Of a stretch of 64,000 nucleotides of DNA, positions 49,201-60,417 are shown piece after piece. The stretch is from Hypanus sabinus (Eukaryota): assembly GCF_030144855.1 (NCBI RefSeq), contig NC_082709.1:152768001-152832000 (forward strand). The letters are read 5' to 3'. The translations under genes and the position numbers were made by a program. How positions within the stretch are numbered: position 1 is the stretch's first letter; every line of letters begins with the position of its first letter. A model generated the notes under the pieces. That model worked only from the letters and a program-made list of their open reading frames with translations. It made no database searches and had not been told where the DNA came from.

Positions 49201-49612
49201 CATATTAAACTCTGAGGGAATAGAATTTTTTTCAACATTTCTGGATATGCTGTTCAAAGCAATTTATACAGTTTATTTATGACAAACTTCATTTTAAGTA
49301 TATCAGATTTCTATTATTGCCTTCGTGAATCTTGGGTTATTTCAAGTCTTAGGGCTATATCATCATCTGTTGCAAATATCTTTCTAAATAATTCTTGATT
49401 TTTAAACTGAAATTGAAATTGTAATTTTTTTTACTGCTTAGACACACAAGGCCATGTCAATAGGACGTCAGGGGCGAGTCCAAGTAGAAGATATTGTCTT
49501 TCTCATTCGTAAAGATCCCAGGAAGTTTGCAAGAGTCAAAGACTTGCTGACAATGAATGAAGAATTGAAACGTGCTAGGAAAGCTTTTGATGAAGCTAAT
49601 TATGGCTCTTAG
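43281..49612 (+). CDS. TAF13: TFIID subunit 13, complete CDS (43281-43307, 46714-46792, 47635-47732, 49442-49612; 124 aa)
   Basis: MADEDDEPA|FDEDVEESGSGAEGGQGRRKRLFSKEL|RCMMYGFGDDQNPYTESVDILEDLVIEFITEM|THKAMSIGRQGRVQVEDIVFLIRKDPRKFARVKDLLTMNEELKRARKAFDEANYGS*; 27+79+98+171=375 nt; all introns GT-AG. Confidence 0.97.
44000..46150 (-). mobile_element. Nested CR1 fragments in TAF13 intron 1
   Basis: GLYSLEFNRM...PNIEK; FLEQLVVELNREKAILDW...PLGDRDHN. Confidence 0.75.
46277..46486 (+). mobile_element. tRNA-headed SINE with RTE/BovB-type tail
   Basis: A box TGGTGAAGTGG 46293-46303; B box GAGTTTGAAACC 46336-46347; tail GTTGGACTCAACTAAGCGACTGAAGAACAAC; candidate TSD AGTAACA (46270-46276, 46487-46493). 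Confidence 0.6.
46490..46685. repeat. Decayed Penelope-derived fold-back next to the TAF13 exon 2 acceptor
   Basis: gctggaaatc...ggaacttagcaggtcagtcagcatctat versus atagatgct...gagttcctccagc...gatttccagc. Confidence 0.75.
48505..49060 (+). mobile_element. Penelope-like element 3' fragment in TAF13 intron 3
   Basis: GVIYCIQCSWCGLLYIGETRH...DHFAEHLCSV (GIY-YIG), followed by the terminal repeat. Confidence 0.8.
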
Positions 49613-50466
49613 TTTCAGAAGGTTACATGTCATGGAGTAAATGGTAACTTAGAAATACTTGCCTTTAAAACATTTACTTAAAGCACGAAGTTCCACTCTA
49701 GGTCCCATTGCAAGTAGCATATGGTGGGATAAGATGTAATGATAATTTGTTCAGATGGAGCAGTAAAGTTCATTTTGGCTGTGTCCAGCAGGGAGAGATG
49801 CAGATTTGTTTCCTTTTGTCATCACAATGTAAACATAGTTATTGGCTGAGGAGCTGAATGGAGCAATCCTTGCAGCCTGTCTTTAAAAGATTTGTGTATA
49901 TATCAGGAAAAATATATAGCACAGTAACTGTAAATTGTCCTGTTTGCTGTAGTAACTTACTGAAATTTGATGCTAATAAAAAACAGATAGTGAAGTGGAA
50001 TTGGAGGGCAGGAAGTAACTGAATCAGTAATATACTCTACCCATTTTAAAGTCATAAATAATATCCATAGTAACTTATAATAGGAATATATTATGTATCT
50101 ATTTTGTAAAAGAAAGTGAAAACAATACTTACCTTGCAGTCATTACGCCCTCCTGTGATTTCAGGGATAAGGTTGCAAAGGTAGTTTAACTATTTTATGT
50201 ATAACATTTCCATTATGTTGATATTTCAATGCATAATGTTGACAGAAAGTATGCATCAGCAGTATTTGTATAAAAGCATAAATTAAAATATCACAAGGCA
50301 CTTTATTGGAGCATTACATCAAATTATGAGAACTGCCTTGATTATATTTTAGCAGCTACATAATTTGGCTTTAGGTATTGGAATGAAAATACTTTGTTCA
50401 AATTTGAGAGCCTCTCTAAATCATTCATATAGTTATTACTGTATGTATTTCCATGAATAATATTGA

Positions 50467-50506
50467 AATAAAAACAAACAAAATACTGTGCATATTATAG
50501 TTTATT
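50467..50506. terminator. Opposed poly(A) signals: AATAAA (+, 50467-50472) and AATAAA (-, 50506-50501)
   Basis: Lies between the convergent TAF13 and POPDC2 stop codons. Other candidates: plus 49975, 50777, 50926; minus 50307. Confidence 0.45.
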
Positions 50507-51035
50507 ACAATTGTGTGACCTATAATTTTCCACTAACTTCCTAAAATGTACAATGTCATTCAGAATTTTACAGTTGATAATTTCAAAACTTGAATATCGT
50601 CATTTTGGCACCATCATAATTGTGGCAGATCATGCAAGAGGTTTCCATTTTGTTTGATGGCAAAATTAGTATTGCCTAAGACTCCTACCCAGTATTTCAG
50701 TGGAATATATGAAAATGTGCCTTTTTAAAGTACCATGCTATTTTCCTCATAGCAGATTTTTAATTAACTGGGATACAATAAAATTTAATTCAGTTTTATC
50801 ATCATTATTCCATTAATCCTCAAGAACAGAATCTCACTGAACCGCTGCAGATGATGAATTAGATGCAAGTTGCTGAAATAGTACTATCTGATTGCTTATT
50901 TAGAATATCAGTGAAGCCACGTTAAAATAAATATTGAGATGCATGACTATAAATTACATTTTTTAGTCTTTTTGTTGTTCATCGAGTAATTTTTTAATGA
51001 TTCCCATGCCATGTTCATTGTCTTATCGGTCATGT

Positions 51036-51109
51036 TCAGAGCTCTGGGGTCTGAGTAGGAGCCAGTGGAGCATATTTCTTATGAATACTACTCCCAGAAT
51101 TGTTCGTAC
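51036..51109 (-). CDS. POPDC2: POPDC2 terminal exon, coding in the spliced isoform (GTNNSGSSIHKKYAPLAPTQTPEL*)
   Basis: Acceptor tgtgttttcctctgcag|; phase 1 fits the internal donor at 59092; matches the human C-terminus APLAPTHTPEL. Confidence 0.88.
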
Positions 51110-54100
51110 CTGCAGAGGAAAACACAGCAAATATAAGATGAGAATAAGACGTTTTCCTAACAAAAATAAGTACATTTTCAAAGTCCTTGCATTTAATGTA
51201 ATTTAACATTGAATATTTTTCTCAAAGTTGCCTTTGAAATAGTTTATGGGGAGTTTGTAATTATATGATAATTAGAAAGTCCATTATGCACCTCCAGATT
51301 AATATTTACGTAAGTGTTCAATTGGATTGAGTTTATACAGCAATGACAGTACTTTCCACAGATTATCATTAATACTAGGTGCCTGATGAAGTTTATTATT
51401 AATGTTAGAAACAATGCTATCCTTTTACAGATATTTCTAATTAATTCTTATAATAGGAAACTCGCATCTCTAAGTGGAAGAAGCTGCTGTAGCATTATTG
51501 ACATTCCATTTGTGATATACATAAAGCATATCAAAGCCAAACAGGAATGTAGGACAAAAAGTAATCATAAAGATATAAAAAACACTTCCTATCAAAAATA
51601 TAGTTGCATTTAGCAAAAGAATATTAGACTAATCTTAGGTTAGTTAGCGAGTGCTTCCAAAATGTGATTTGACGGCTACTTTTATTTCACAGTGGGAGAT
51701 CATATTAAAGTTTACTCGATGCATTTATTATGAGAACAAAGTCATTCATCCAGGTTTTTATACAACATTGTCCATTACATGATGTTGTTCTCAATATAAA
51801 ATAGTTAAGATTGGAAAACTTTGTTTTATGACATGAAAACAGCTAAATTAAACCCACTATTATCTTCCCCCACCTTTTCAGCCTACATCTTCCTCTCCAC
51901 CACTCCCCCAACTCCAAGATTTAATACAGACTTAATCAGGGTACTTTCTACCTTTAGTGCTTCATCTGTTTGCTACATTTTAGGAACGTCTGAAAAAAGC
52001 AGATGTCACGCATGGAAAGCAAACACAAGTTAACTGAAACTTTTAGGATACTTACTTCCTGGTTTACATATCAGTTCACAACATCTCCACATCCCTTACA
52101 TTTCAATGGGTTGATACAATTTAGGCCAATTGGTGCATAATAGAAAAACTGGGCCAGAAAATCTGAATAAAAATTTGATACTTTGATGTGATATCAGGAA
52201 AGAGCCAAAGTGAATAGCTTTGTTATCCATGAACACCTGAGGAAAAATATACAGTATTGCAATAGATTAACCATGTAGACCTTGCTATGAACACTAATAG
52301 AATAGAACTGGGCAATCAGATAAATAGAATTTACATATCCAATTTCTGGACTACTTAACTACAAATTATGAATTTCTTATGTGTAATTAATGGTGTGCCA
52401 AAGAAGAACTATGTAGGCTCCACTAAGAAAGTTAACAAACCAGAAATATTTGACTGCCTGATTAATATCCTTCAAGTAGAATTTATCTAATTTCTGAATA
52501 GTGTAAAAAAAATCTGGAATTCCCACATTATGAAAGACTGAAAATAGGGTCAGTTATCAAAGAAAGTTGAATCACTCTTTATCGTTAATGTGATATCACT
52601 ATATGTTGATAAAAGTTACTGAAAGGACTACCCATTAACAAATATGGTAAAATGACAAATAAAACGAATTACGGAGCCAGGGGTTAGCCATTTACTACTT
52701 TGAGCCTGCTCATCCATTTATCATGTCATGGGTCAACCTTTGCCTCAGTACCACTTTTTTGTAATTAGTGTTCATTGATTCCTTTAATATCTTAAAAATA
52801 AATCTGCAACTATGGCTTCACAAGCCTTCCAGTTAGGCCATTATATTATCTTCTTGATAAAGAAATTCTTCTGACCTATCCAAAATGGCTGAATCCTTAG
52901 TTTAATTCTATGTCTCCTGGCTACTGGCATCCAAGCCAAGTAAAATTGCAAAGCTGCACCTACCCTGTCAAGCTCCTCACCAATTTTGTATGTATCAATG
53001 AGATCACCTCTCATCCTTTTAAATTCAAAAGAGTAAAGGCCTAATGCCATATCACAAACCCACCAACCCAGGATGTAAGTATCCATCAAAGAGGTCAAAC
53101 ATGACAAAGTAAGGAGTGACTCAATTCTACCATAGAAATAAATTAACACCAAGAGGTTGTCATTAAATTCACACGTTCAGCATTCATGTGCCAGTCACAT
53201 TTGGATAATTTCAGATCCTTATGTAAATAAAATGGAAAAGTCACCTTGTGCAGTATGGGGTGTTCATCTGCATTTGTCTTGGGTCAAAATATATCAGAAT
53301 ATGTAATTTACATTGCATTGATCTATAATGCTGTACATTAATGAAATTTAGTTTTCCACAAAGAAGATTTGCAATTCCACATTATCACATCTTCAAACAT
53401 CTATAAAGACCTTCACATAAAAAATAATATTGTCCAGTATGTTATAACTATTTATACTCTAAAGCTATGTCTAGAAAATGTAATATCAGTGTTTTCCTTC
53501 TATAGGAAGTTTATATTCAGATGAAACGTAAGAAGCATCTCCATAGGCAATGATGACACACAAAGGTTAGGATGTTTCATCCTTTGTTTAATTACTTTCA
53601 ATATTGGGCAGTTTGTGTGTTTTAGTGTCTTTTCAGTCATCTTTCTTGACAATGAAAAATGCAGATAAAATTCTAATAAAGGTGAAATAATTTGTATTTA
53701 CATTCTGTTTTTTCTTAAAACCATTTTGTAACTGAACACTTCGGGTATCATCATTGGCTTGAAGGCAAAATTATGAATTTCCTTATAATCCAGGTAAACA
53801 TTAATATAGAATTGATTGAAAGCAACTCAAAGATGCAAATTCGTGATTTAATGTTGTGAGTGCTGTTTGTAAGCCTTCCCACTAATCTCAATCCCTGCCT
53901 CTCAAGAAAGACGGAGTGGGGAAGAGACTTAATTTTTCTGTTCATTCAGACTGTAGCGCACTATCATATGTGTCGAAACATTTTCCTGGAACCTGATTAT
54001 ATCAAACAAACATTCCATGTAAGCAGAGCATGTCACAAATCAAACCACAAAAAATAATCACTTTTCTAAACTTGGCATTTTGTCTATTGTACCTATGCCA

Positions 54101-55241
54101 ACAGATTTGAAATCTAGTCTTCATTCTAATGTGCAATGTTCCACTCTAGTCACCAATAAAACACACCACCACAATATTGTCATATTGTTTTATACTTCGC
54201 TGCAAAATTTCTTCAGTTTACATAAGAAACAATATGATTTGGGGCAGGAATTAAATATTTATTTATTTGTTTATTGAGCTACAGCGCTGTGTAAGTCCTT
54301 TGAGCCATACCACCCAACCATCCCCCAATTTAATCCCAGCCTAATCACAGGACAATTTACAATGACCAATTAACCTACCAACCGGCAGGTCTTGGACTAT
54401 GGGAGGAAACCAGAGTACCCAGAGGAAACCCACATGGTCACTGGAAAATGTACAAACTCCTTACAGGCAGCGGGTATTGAACCCCGGTCACCTGCACTGT
54501 GCTACTGTGCAGCTCCATTTTTCATCAGAATGATTATAGGAGAATTCTGGACACAATTATTGTGCATCAAAAATGAAGGAACTTGAAAATCTGTGGCAAT
54601 GTTGATTCCTTGAAGAAATTTTTCAAAACCAAGGAGTTTTTTTTTGGCAATACATAACAATTCAAGGTATCACTGAAGATGAAACATTACCCTTTTCAAC
54701 ATTACTGCCATCTTTTAACTTACTGTTGAGATGAGAGCATTTGTTATGAAGATGCATACATGGTCAATTCCTAAATAACGGGACATTGTGCTACCACTGT
54801 CCTTTGATGATGGTGCTTCCATGATCATGTTTGAGTAAGTATCATGAAATTCCTATATGATGAAAGAATAATGATAACTGATTGTTTTTTCCCCACTTTT
54901 AGAAACAGAAAACCTACAGCACAATACAGGCCCTTTGACCCACAATGCTGTGCTGCACATGTACTTAGAAATTACCTAAGGTTACCCATAGCCTTCACCA
55001 CTATCGCTGGCAGCCCATTCCACACACCACTCTCTGAGTAAAAAACTTACCCCAGACATCTCTGTACCTACTTCCAAGCACCTGAAAACTGTGCCCTCTT
55101 ATGTTAGCCATTTTCCAATTTGATAGAGGCTGTAGGAATATGCTCTAGTCTATAGTGTGGACATAACTCTACACTAAGTCTCCTAGAATTTTTCTTCTGC
55201 TGGTGAAATTTTCAGGGAATAAATAGCTTTTAAATCACATA

Positions 55242-55855
55242 CAGTACTGTGCAAAAGTCTAAGGCGCAGGTGCTTAAAACTTTCTATAGCAACTCGTATA
55301 TAGCAAAATATATACAATTTTATATAGCATTTTTAAATAGCAAAGGTGCTTAAGACTTTCACACAGTACTATATTTGTCAATGTGGAGTGGAAAGCGAGT
55401 TTGTAAATCTGATGAGAGCAAAGGATGTTGGAATGGTGAGGGTGGACAGCTGCGGGAGGGATATCAGACAGATGGCAGAGAAAGAGAGCCAGGGGCTGTG
55501 GGTGGAGTGGGTGTAGACACACCCAGCCCTGAAACACCAGTCAAGATCATTTCATTCCAAACAATTGGTTTATTGATTATTACAGAATGTCTCTCTGGTG
55601 CTTCCTGCTCCCTCCCCTCTTCCTTCCCCTTTTCCCAACCATGATTCCCCTCATTCTGCCCCCTTCTCACTCTCAGTCCACAATAGAGACCCATTTCAGA
55701 ATCAGGTTTATCATCACTCACAAATGTCATGAAACATGTTTTTCTGTTGCAGCTGTACAGTGCAATACATAAAATTACTACAATACTATGCAAAGGTCTT
55801 AGGCATGTTAACTATCTATACCTGTATGTGTACCTAAGACTTTTGCACAGTACTA
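55242..55855. mobile_element. Tc1/mariner-type MITE composite with four TIR copies
   Basis: TA|CAGTACTGTGCAAAAGTCT at 55242; inverse ending 55371; second left-type at 55781; inverse ending 55855, then TA. Confidence 0.7.
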
Positions 55856-56928
55856 TAATAGTTGAAGAAGTAAGCTTTTGCTTTCAAGATTTCTTGACAA
55901 TGCTCATGGTCTACTTGAATGTTGGATATAGATCTTTCTAATTGATGAATGCCGCACTACAGAGTACCACAATATTTTCAAAATATGGCATCCTGGATTT
56001 TGCATAAAATGTGCTGAAGTTACTTCATTGACAAGCAACTCAACAGTCACACACTGACCCTCGTGTTCTATGAACTGATGCAGACTGGGTTTTGTTCAAA
56101 ATATTTCAAAGTGGTAATGCTGCTAGAATACACAAAATAAAGAGAAGCCTAATCTTGATAATAGCAAATGTGCTCTGTTGAAGGGAAATACAAACATCAA
56201 TGTATGCTTGTATGGCCTGCTTTAACATTTCTTTAATAATGGAAAAGATCTTACGTTGCCCCAGAATCTATCGGCCCAGGTCTCTCTGCAACATTGATTC
56301 TTTCAACATGACTACACCTGTGGCCGTGAAGCTTATCTCAGCATACTTTGGCTTAGGGGCTGTCTGTGCTCAGGCAGCCATTTGAACTCACTGACTGTCG
56401 GTCAGTCTCTGAATCTTACACTCTGACACCATCATAGTTAATGAGTGTGATTTCTTCTTTAGGGCATATTAAAAATAAGCTGCATTTAAAAATCTAAAAA
56501 AGTACCCATGCAATATCAATTTAAATAATCAAAACTAACAAATAATAGTATTACAAATACTTAATTTCCTTCCAGGGCCAATATCTTCCATTGATTTGAA
56601 TGGGGGCTGGCATTCTAGTACCAAGAATTAAATTGGCTTGTGTTCACCAGGTAGATTTTTCCAGCTATCAAGCTGGGAGGAATGCAGAAGATTGAGATTG
56701 CCTGGCCTATTGGACTTTCTGGAAGGTCCAGTGAATCAAAATGGGGCAGCCAAAGGCAACAAGAGCAGGACAGAAGATCGTCTCCACCAATTTAAACTAA
56801 TACCAATGTTGAAAAACTAGGATTCCTGGAAGCCCCAGCATTAGTTCTGACATTAAAGCAAAAGATAGCCCCAAATTTTCTCCAAGTACTGCAACAGGAT
56901 TGGAAGTCTGTACCTTGTTAAATATATA

Positions 56929-58248
56929 CATTGGATTCCAGTTCATTGAGACACATCAGGACCGGTACATTTTGGCCCAATTAAACAATTGCCCCAATTA
57001 GTTGAAGTTTCATGGAAATAGTTAAAAAACTATATAAAAAAAGACTAACTACCATTTAACTGAGTAACAAATTAGGTATTTAAACAAAATACAAAACAAA
57101 TTAGAACACTACCAATGAACGACAGTACTATAAAACTGTGTATTAGTTCCCAATAGTTATTGACGGAGTAATTCATCCAGTGGTCACTGTTGTGTATAGG
57201 GTGTCCAGAGAGGGGTGGTACCTCTAGTGAAGGGGCTTCTCGTGTCCATTCTGTTGCAGCTCTATCACCTTTGGTCACCTCAACTCTCACTTGTTGTCGC
57301 AAGTAACATTTTGCACGTGACAGCGGTCAGACCCCAGTTTACCGCTTCGGCAGGTGAGCTTAGCTGGTGGACCTCATGCCTTGGTGAATTCGCAGCATGA
57401 AGTCAGCTCTGGTGCACTGGGCAAGATGAGATCAGCAGTAACATCCAATGGCCAAGAAGGCAGCTCCATAAAACTTCTGGAGACCGAAGGGCATGATAAG
57501 GCACAGAAGAAGTCATAGTTATTCACTGTAACTAAGGAAGACACCAGTTTGTGATGACTACTTCTACCACGGGACACGGACTTCTGAGGTCGAGATAGTG
57601 AAACTGTCCCAATGTAACAGCTTTTCCACTTTAAAAACTCTTCCGCACGTGTTTCACTGTCATCATCAGATATGATGGATAACGAACTCTCTGCCATGGT
57701 CTTTTGATTGTCTGTAAATTAACAATATTAGTGCAGTAGTGCAGACACCTAATACAAGTGATGAATTGCATTCATAAATTACTTTTGACGACTGCATCTT
57801 CCAAATCTCTATTTTTATCTGTAAAATTCAAGATGATTGTTAATATCTTCAATTCCTCCCTTGATCCTAACTTGTTGAAGTAGTGAAGTAGTTTTCTTTT
57901 CACCCCCAGCCATTTCTGGTATCTCTAAGCCTGAATGTTTGAAATTGCTGTGAACAGAAAACTTACTGCTTATTTCTCACCAACTCTCCTGACAAAAATC
58001 ACTGCTTTCTGACCAGAATCACATTCAAATGATGCTATTTAAAAACCATTTGCTCTAAGCATGATGTGGTGCTTAATGGCCACACAAGTACACGTGACTA
58101 ACCATCTCCTGTTCCAACTAAACAGCATAGTATCCCAAATAAACAAAGAGAATCAAAATAGCTATTTTCAGCTATTTGTTCTTTAAGAGTTGTCCTAAAT
58201 AAACAGCTGTCCTGATTAACCAATGCCCCAATTAACTGGCATCCACAG
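56929..58248 (-). mobile_element. pogo/Tigger-like internally deleted DNA transposon with a ~500-bp insert
   Basis: TA-flanked imperfect TIRs CATTGGATTCCAGTTCATTG / CAATTAACTGGCATCCACAG; decayed transposase C-terminus-like sequence (FKHSGLEIPEMAG, DLEDAVV). Confidence 0.65.
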
Positions 58249-58274
58249 TATTTACAAAAATAGATAATGAGTAG

Positions 58275-58426
58275 TAAACACACAATCCTCTGCAGATGCT
58301 GGGGTCAAAGCAACACACACGACACACTGGAGGAACTCAGCAGGTCAGGCAGCATCCATGGAAATGAACAGTCAACGTTTCCACGGATGCCGCCTGACCT
58401 GCTGAGTTCCTCCAGCGTGTTGTGTG
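58275..58426. mobile_element. Penelope-derived fold-back insertion
   Basis: Perfect 14-bp TSD TAGATAATGAGTAG (58261-58274, 58427-58440); inverted arms. Confidence 0.85.
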
Positions 58427-58999
58427 TAGATAATGAGTAGGCTATAGAACTGAACTTGTCTTCCTAAAATGGGAAAAGAACTTGCTAATAAATTGAAAAT
58501 TAAAATATTACAGATGCTGGAAGCCTGAAACAAAAACCAAAAGTACTGCAAATGTTCTGCAGGACTAGTAGCATCTGTGAAGAGAGAAACAGTTCCAGGT
58601 TGCCAACCCTTCGTCAGACTTTCTTTGCAAGTACAACTTCTAATAAGTTAACGTGAGCATGAAAATGATGCATGTTTTAAATTTTAATCCTTTGGATGAC
58701 ATCATTTCCTAATTATCCCAAACATCATCTGTTTGGTAAGATAAATAAAACCATAAAAAATTAAGTTTAATGCAGAGTATTAAAAGGAAACTATTTTTAG
58801 TCCAAATTAATACTGTATGTCAACTATAGCAGGACACCCCAACTGATCAAGGATAGTTTTTCCACTTACCACATATATAGTGGTCCAGAGAATCAGAGAG
58901 CCAAGTTAGTTTTTTTTAGATGTAGTGGTAAACTTTGAAGCAGCAACGTACTTACACATGAATGGACAGACACAAGGTTTTATCACAATTACTGGATCA

Positions 59000-59428
59000 T
59001 TATTTCATGTACTCTTTTTCACTGGTATATTCCATAAATGATCCAGTCATATCTGCAAAGTCTTCCAGAACTAGGCTGGTTGAATCCTCACCCAAAAGGT
59101 CGCTGTGATCTCCACATGATTTTTTACAGGGAGATTCTTGAGGATTAAATGACCTCTGAGGAACATGATGGGGACTTTCTGCGATCTTCTCTTTCTCAGA
59201 TTCAACAGAAGGTGCCAATACATGATAAAGACTTGGTAGACGGATATCGTAACGGACCCCGCCCCTGCAGTAGAGCTTGTCAATGAGTGAGTAAAGTTTG
59301 TCTGCAATGTCATTTCCTAGCAGAACAGTGAATAGGCGTGCAATATAGTGGTGTTTAGCCAAGAGCAGATACAACTTCCTTCTCTTCCATGTCACATAGC
59401 AACAGTCTGTTTCTGCTGTCAGTGTCAC
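59000..59428 (-). CDS. POPDC2: POPDC2 exon 3 (read-through form; short form ends at 59092)
   Basis: tttttcag|VTLTAETDCCYVTWKRRKLYLLL...DIADKLYSL...DIRLPSLYHVL...GEDSTSLVLEDF...EYMK*. Confidence 0.93.
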   Translation of the reverse strand: MTLTAETDCCYVTWKRRKLYLLLAKHHYIARLFTVLLGNDIADKLYSLIDKLYCRGGVRYDIRLPSLYHVLAPSVESEKEKIAESPHHVPQRSFNPQESPCKKSCGDHSDLLGEDSTSLVLEDFADMTGSFMEYTSEKEYMK

Positions 59429-60308
59429 CTGAAAAACAGATACATTGATACATGACACAGCTGTATCAGAAGAATTTAATTCCAAGTACCACCAAGTAAA
59501 GATCTGCATGCATGCAGTCTGTAGGCAAGTTGTGTACCTTTAAGTTTCTTTTCCGTGATACTATTTTCACAAAGTCATGACTCAAAGGACCTATTCCAAA
59601 TGATGTCAAGAAAATCAGGAGAAAGATGCCCAAAATTCACCACTATACAATTCCAGCAGTCAAAGAAAAAACATCCTGCTGAGAATGTTATTATAACATT
59701 ATCTCTTATAGGTACAGATGGGAGAAAGAGTTCAGGCCACAAATAAATCTTAAGGAGATTAAATCCATTTTAAAGCTTTATTTGGTAAGTTTACATTGAA
59801 TGTGCTTTAATAATGAGTAATTAAAATGTAACTTTGTGATTTCCTGTTTTCTGCCTCCTCGATCTAGAAAACAAACAAGGCCACAAAGTTCATCAAAGAA
59901 TTGATCATAATTTATTTTAAATTAATTATCTGTTCCTGACAGGTTCTGTATTAACACTTTTAAACCAGATTAAAGAGATTTCTGGGCGTCCCCTGACATT
60001 GCCGGTGCAATGCTAATTTTATAGTAATAACAATACACTATTCCACTTGCAAGATAAATAAGGGTGATCCTAAGCAAATACTACTTCTTATTGGAAGAAG
60101 TACTTCAAATTTGGCTCTTGGTTTATCTTTTCATAAAATACTCCTACACCACATTTAAGACTGACAATATAAAGTTCTCCTGCCTGCCCATAGATGACCG
60201 TTAAAATATATACTTACAAGATAGCTATAATTTGTCCAAAACTTAAATTATTATCTTGGTGATTCACCTTAAGCACAAGAAGTAAAAAGAAGAAGAAAAT
60301 TGTATTAC

Positions 60309-60417
60309 TTGAAAACTGCCCTCTTCACTTGGTCGTAGAGATTCCCATTCTGGAGAGTCAAGGAACTGATAGGGAAAGATATAGTGAAGAAACTGCTGAT
60401 CATGAGAAACACGAATC
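60309..60417 (-). CDS. POPDC2: POPDC2 exon 2 (109 nt); exon 1 appears to lie beyond the right edge
   Basis: ttttatag|g IRVSHDQQFLHYIFPYQFLDSPEWESLRPSEEGSFQ|gtaata; Popeye-domain DSPE and FQ|VT cAMP-binding motifs. Confidence 0.95.

Noticed and set aside
57374-57697. 107-aa minus-strand ORF as a captured gene
   Set aside because: No recognisable domain or splice context; lies in a repeat insert.
58791-58800. Isolated MEF2 consensus sites (CTATTTTTAG here; also 18142 and 56469)
   Set aside because: Expected by chance in AT-rich DNA without clustering or conservation data.
59429-59509. ORF-track N-terminus MQIFTWW... for POPDC2
   Set aside because: Intronic sequence upstream of the acceptor at 59428.
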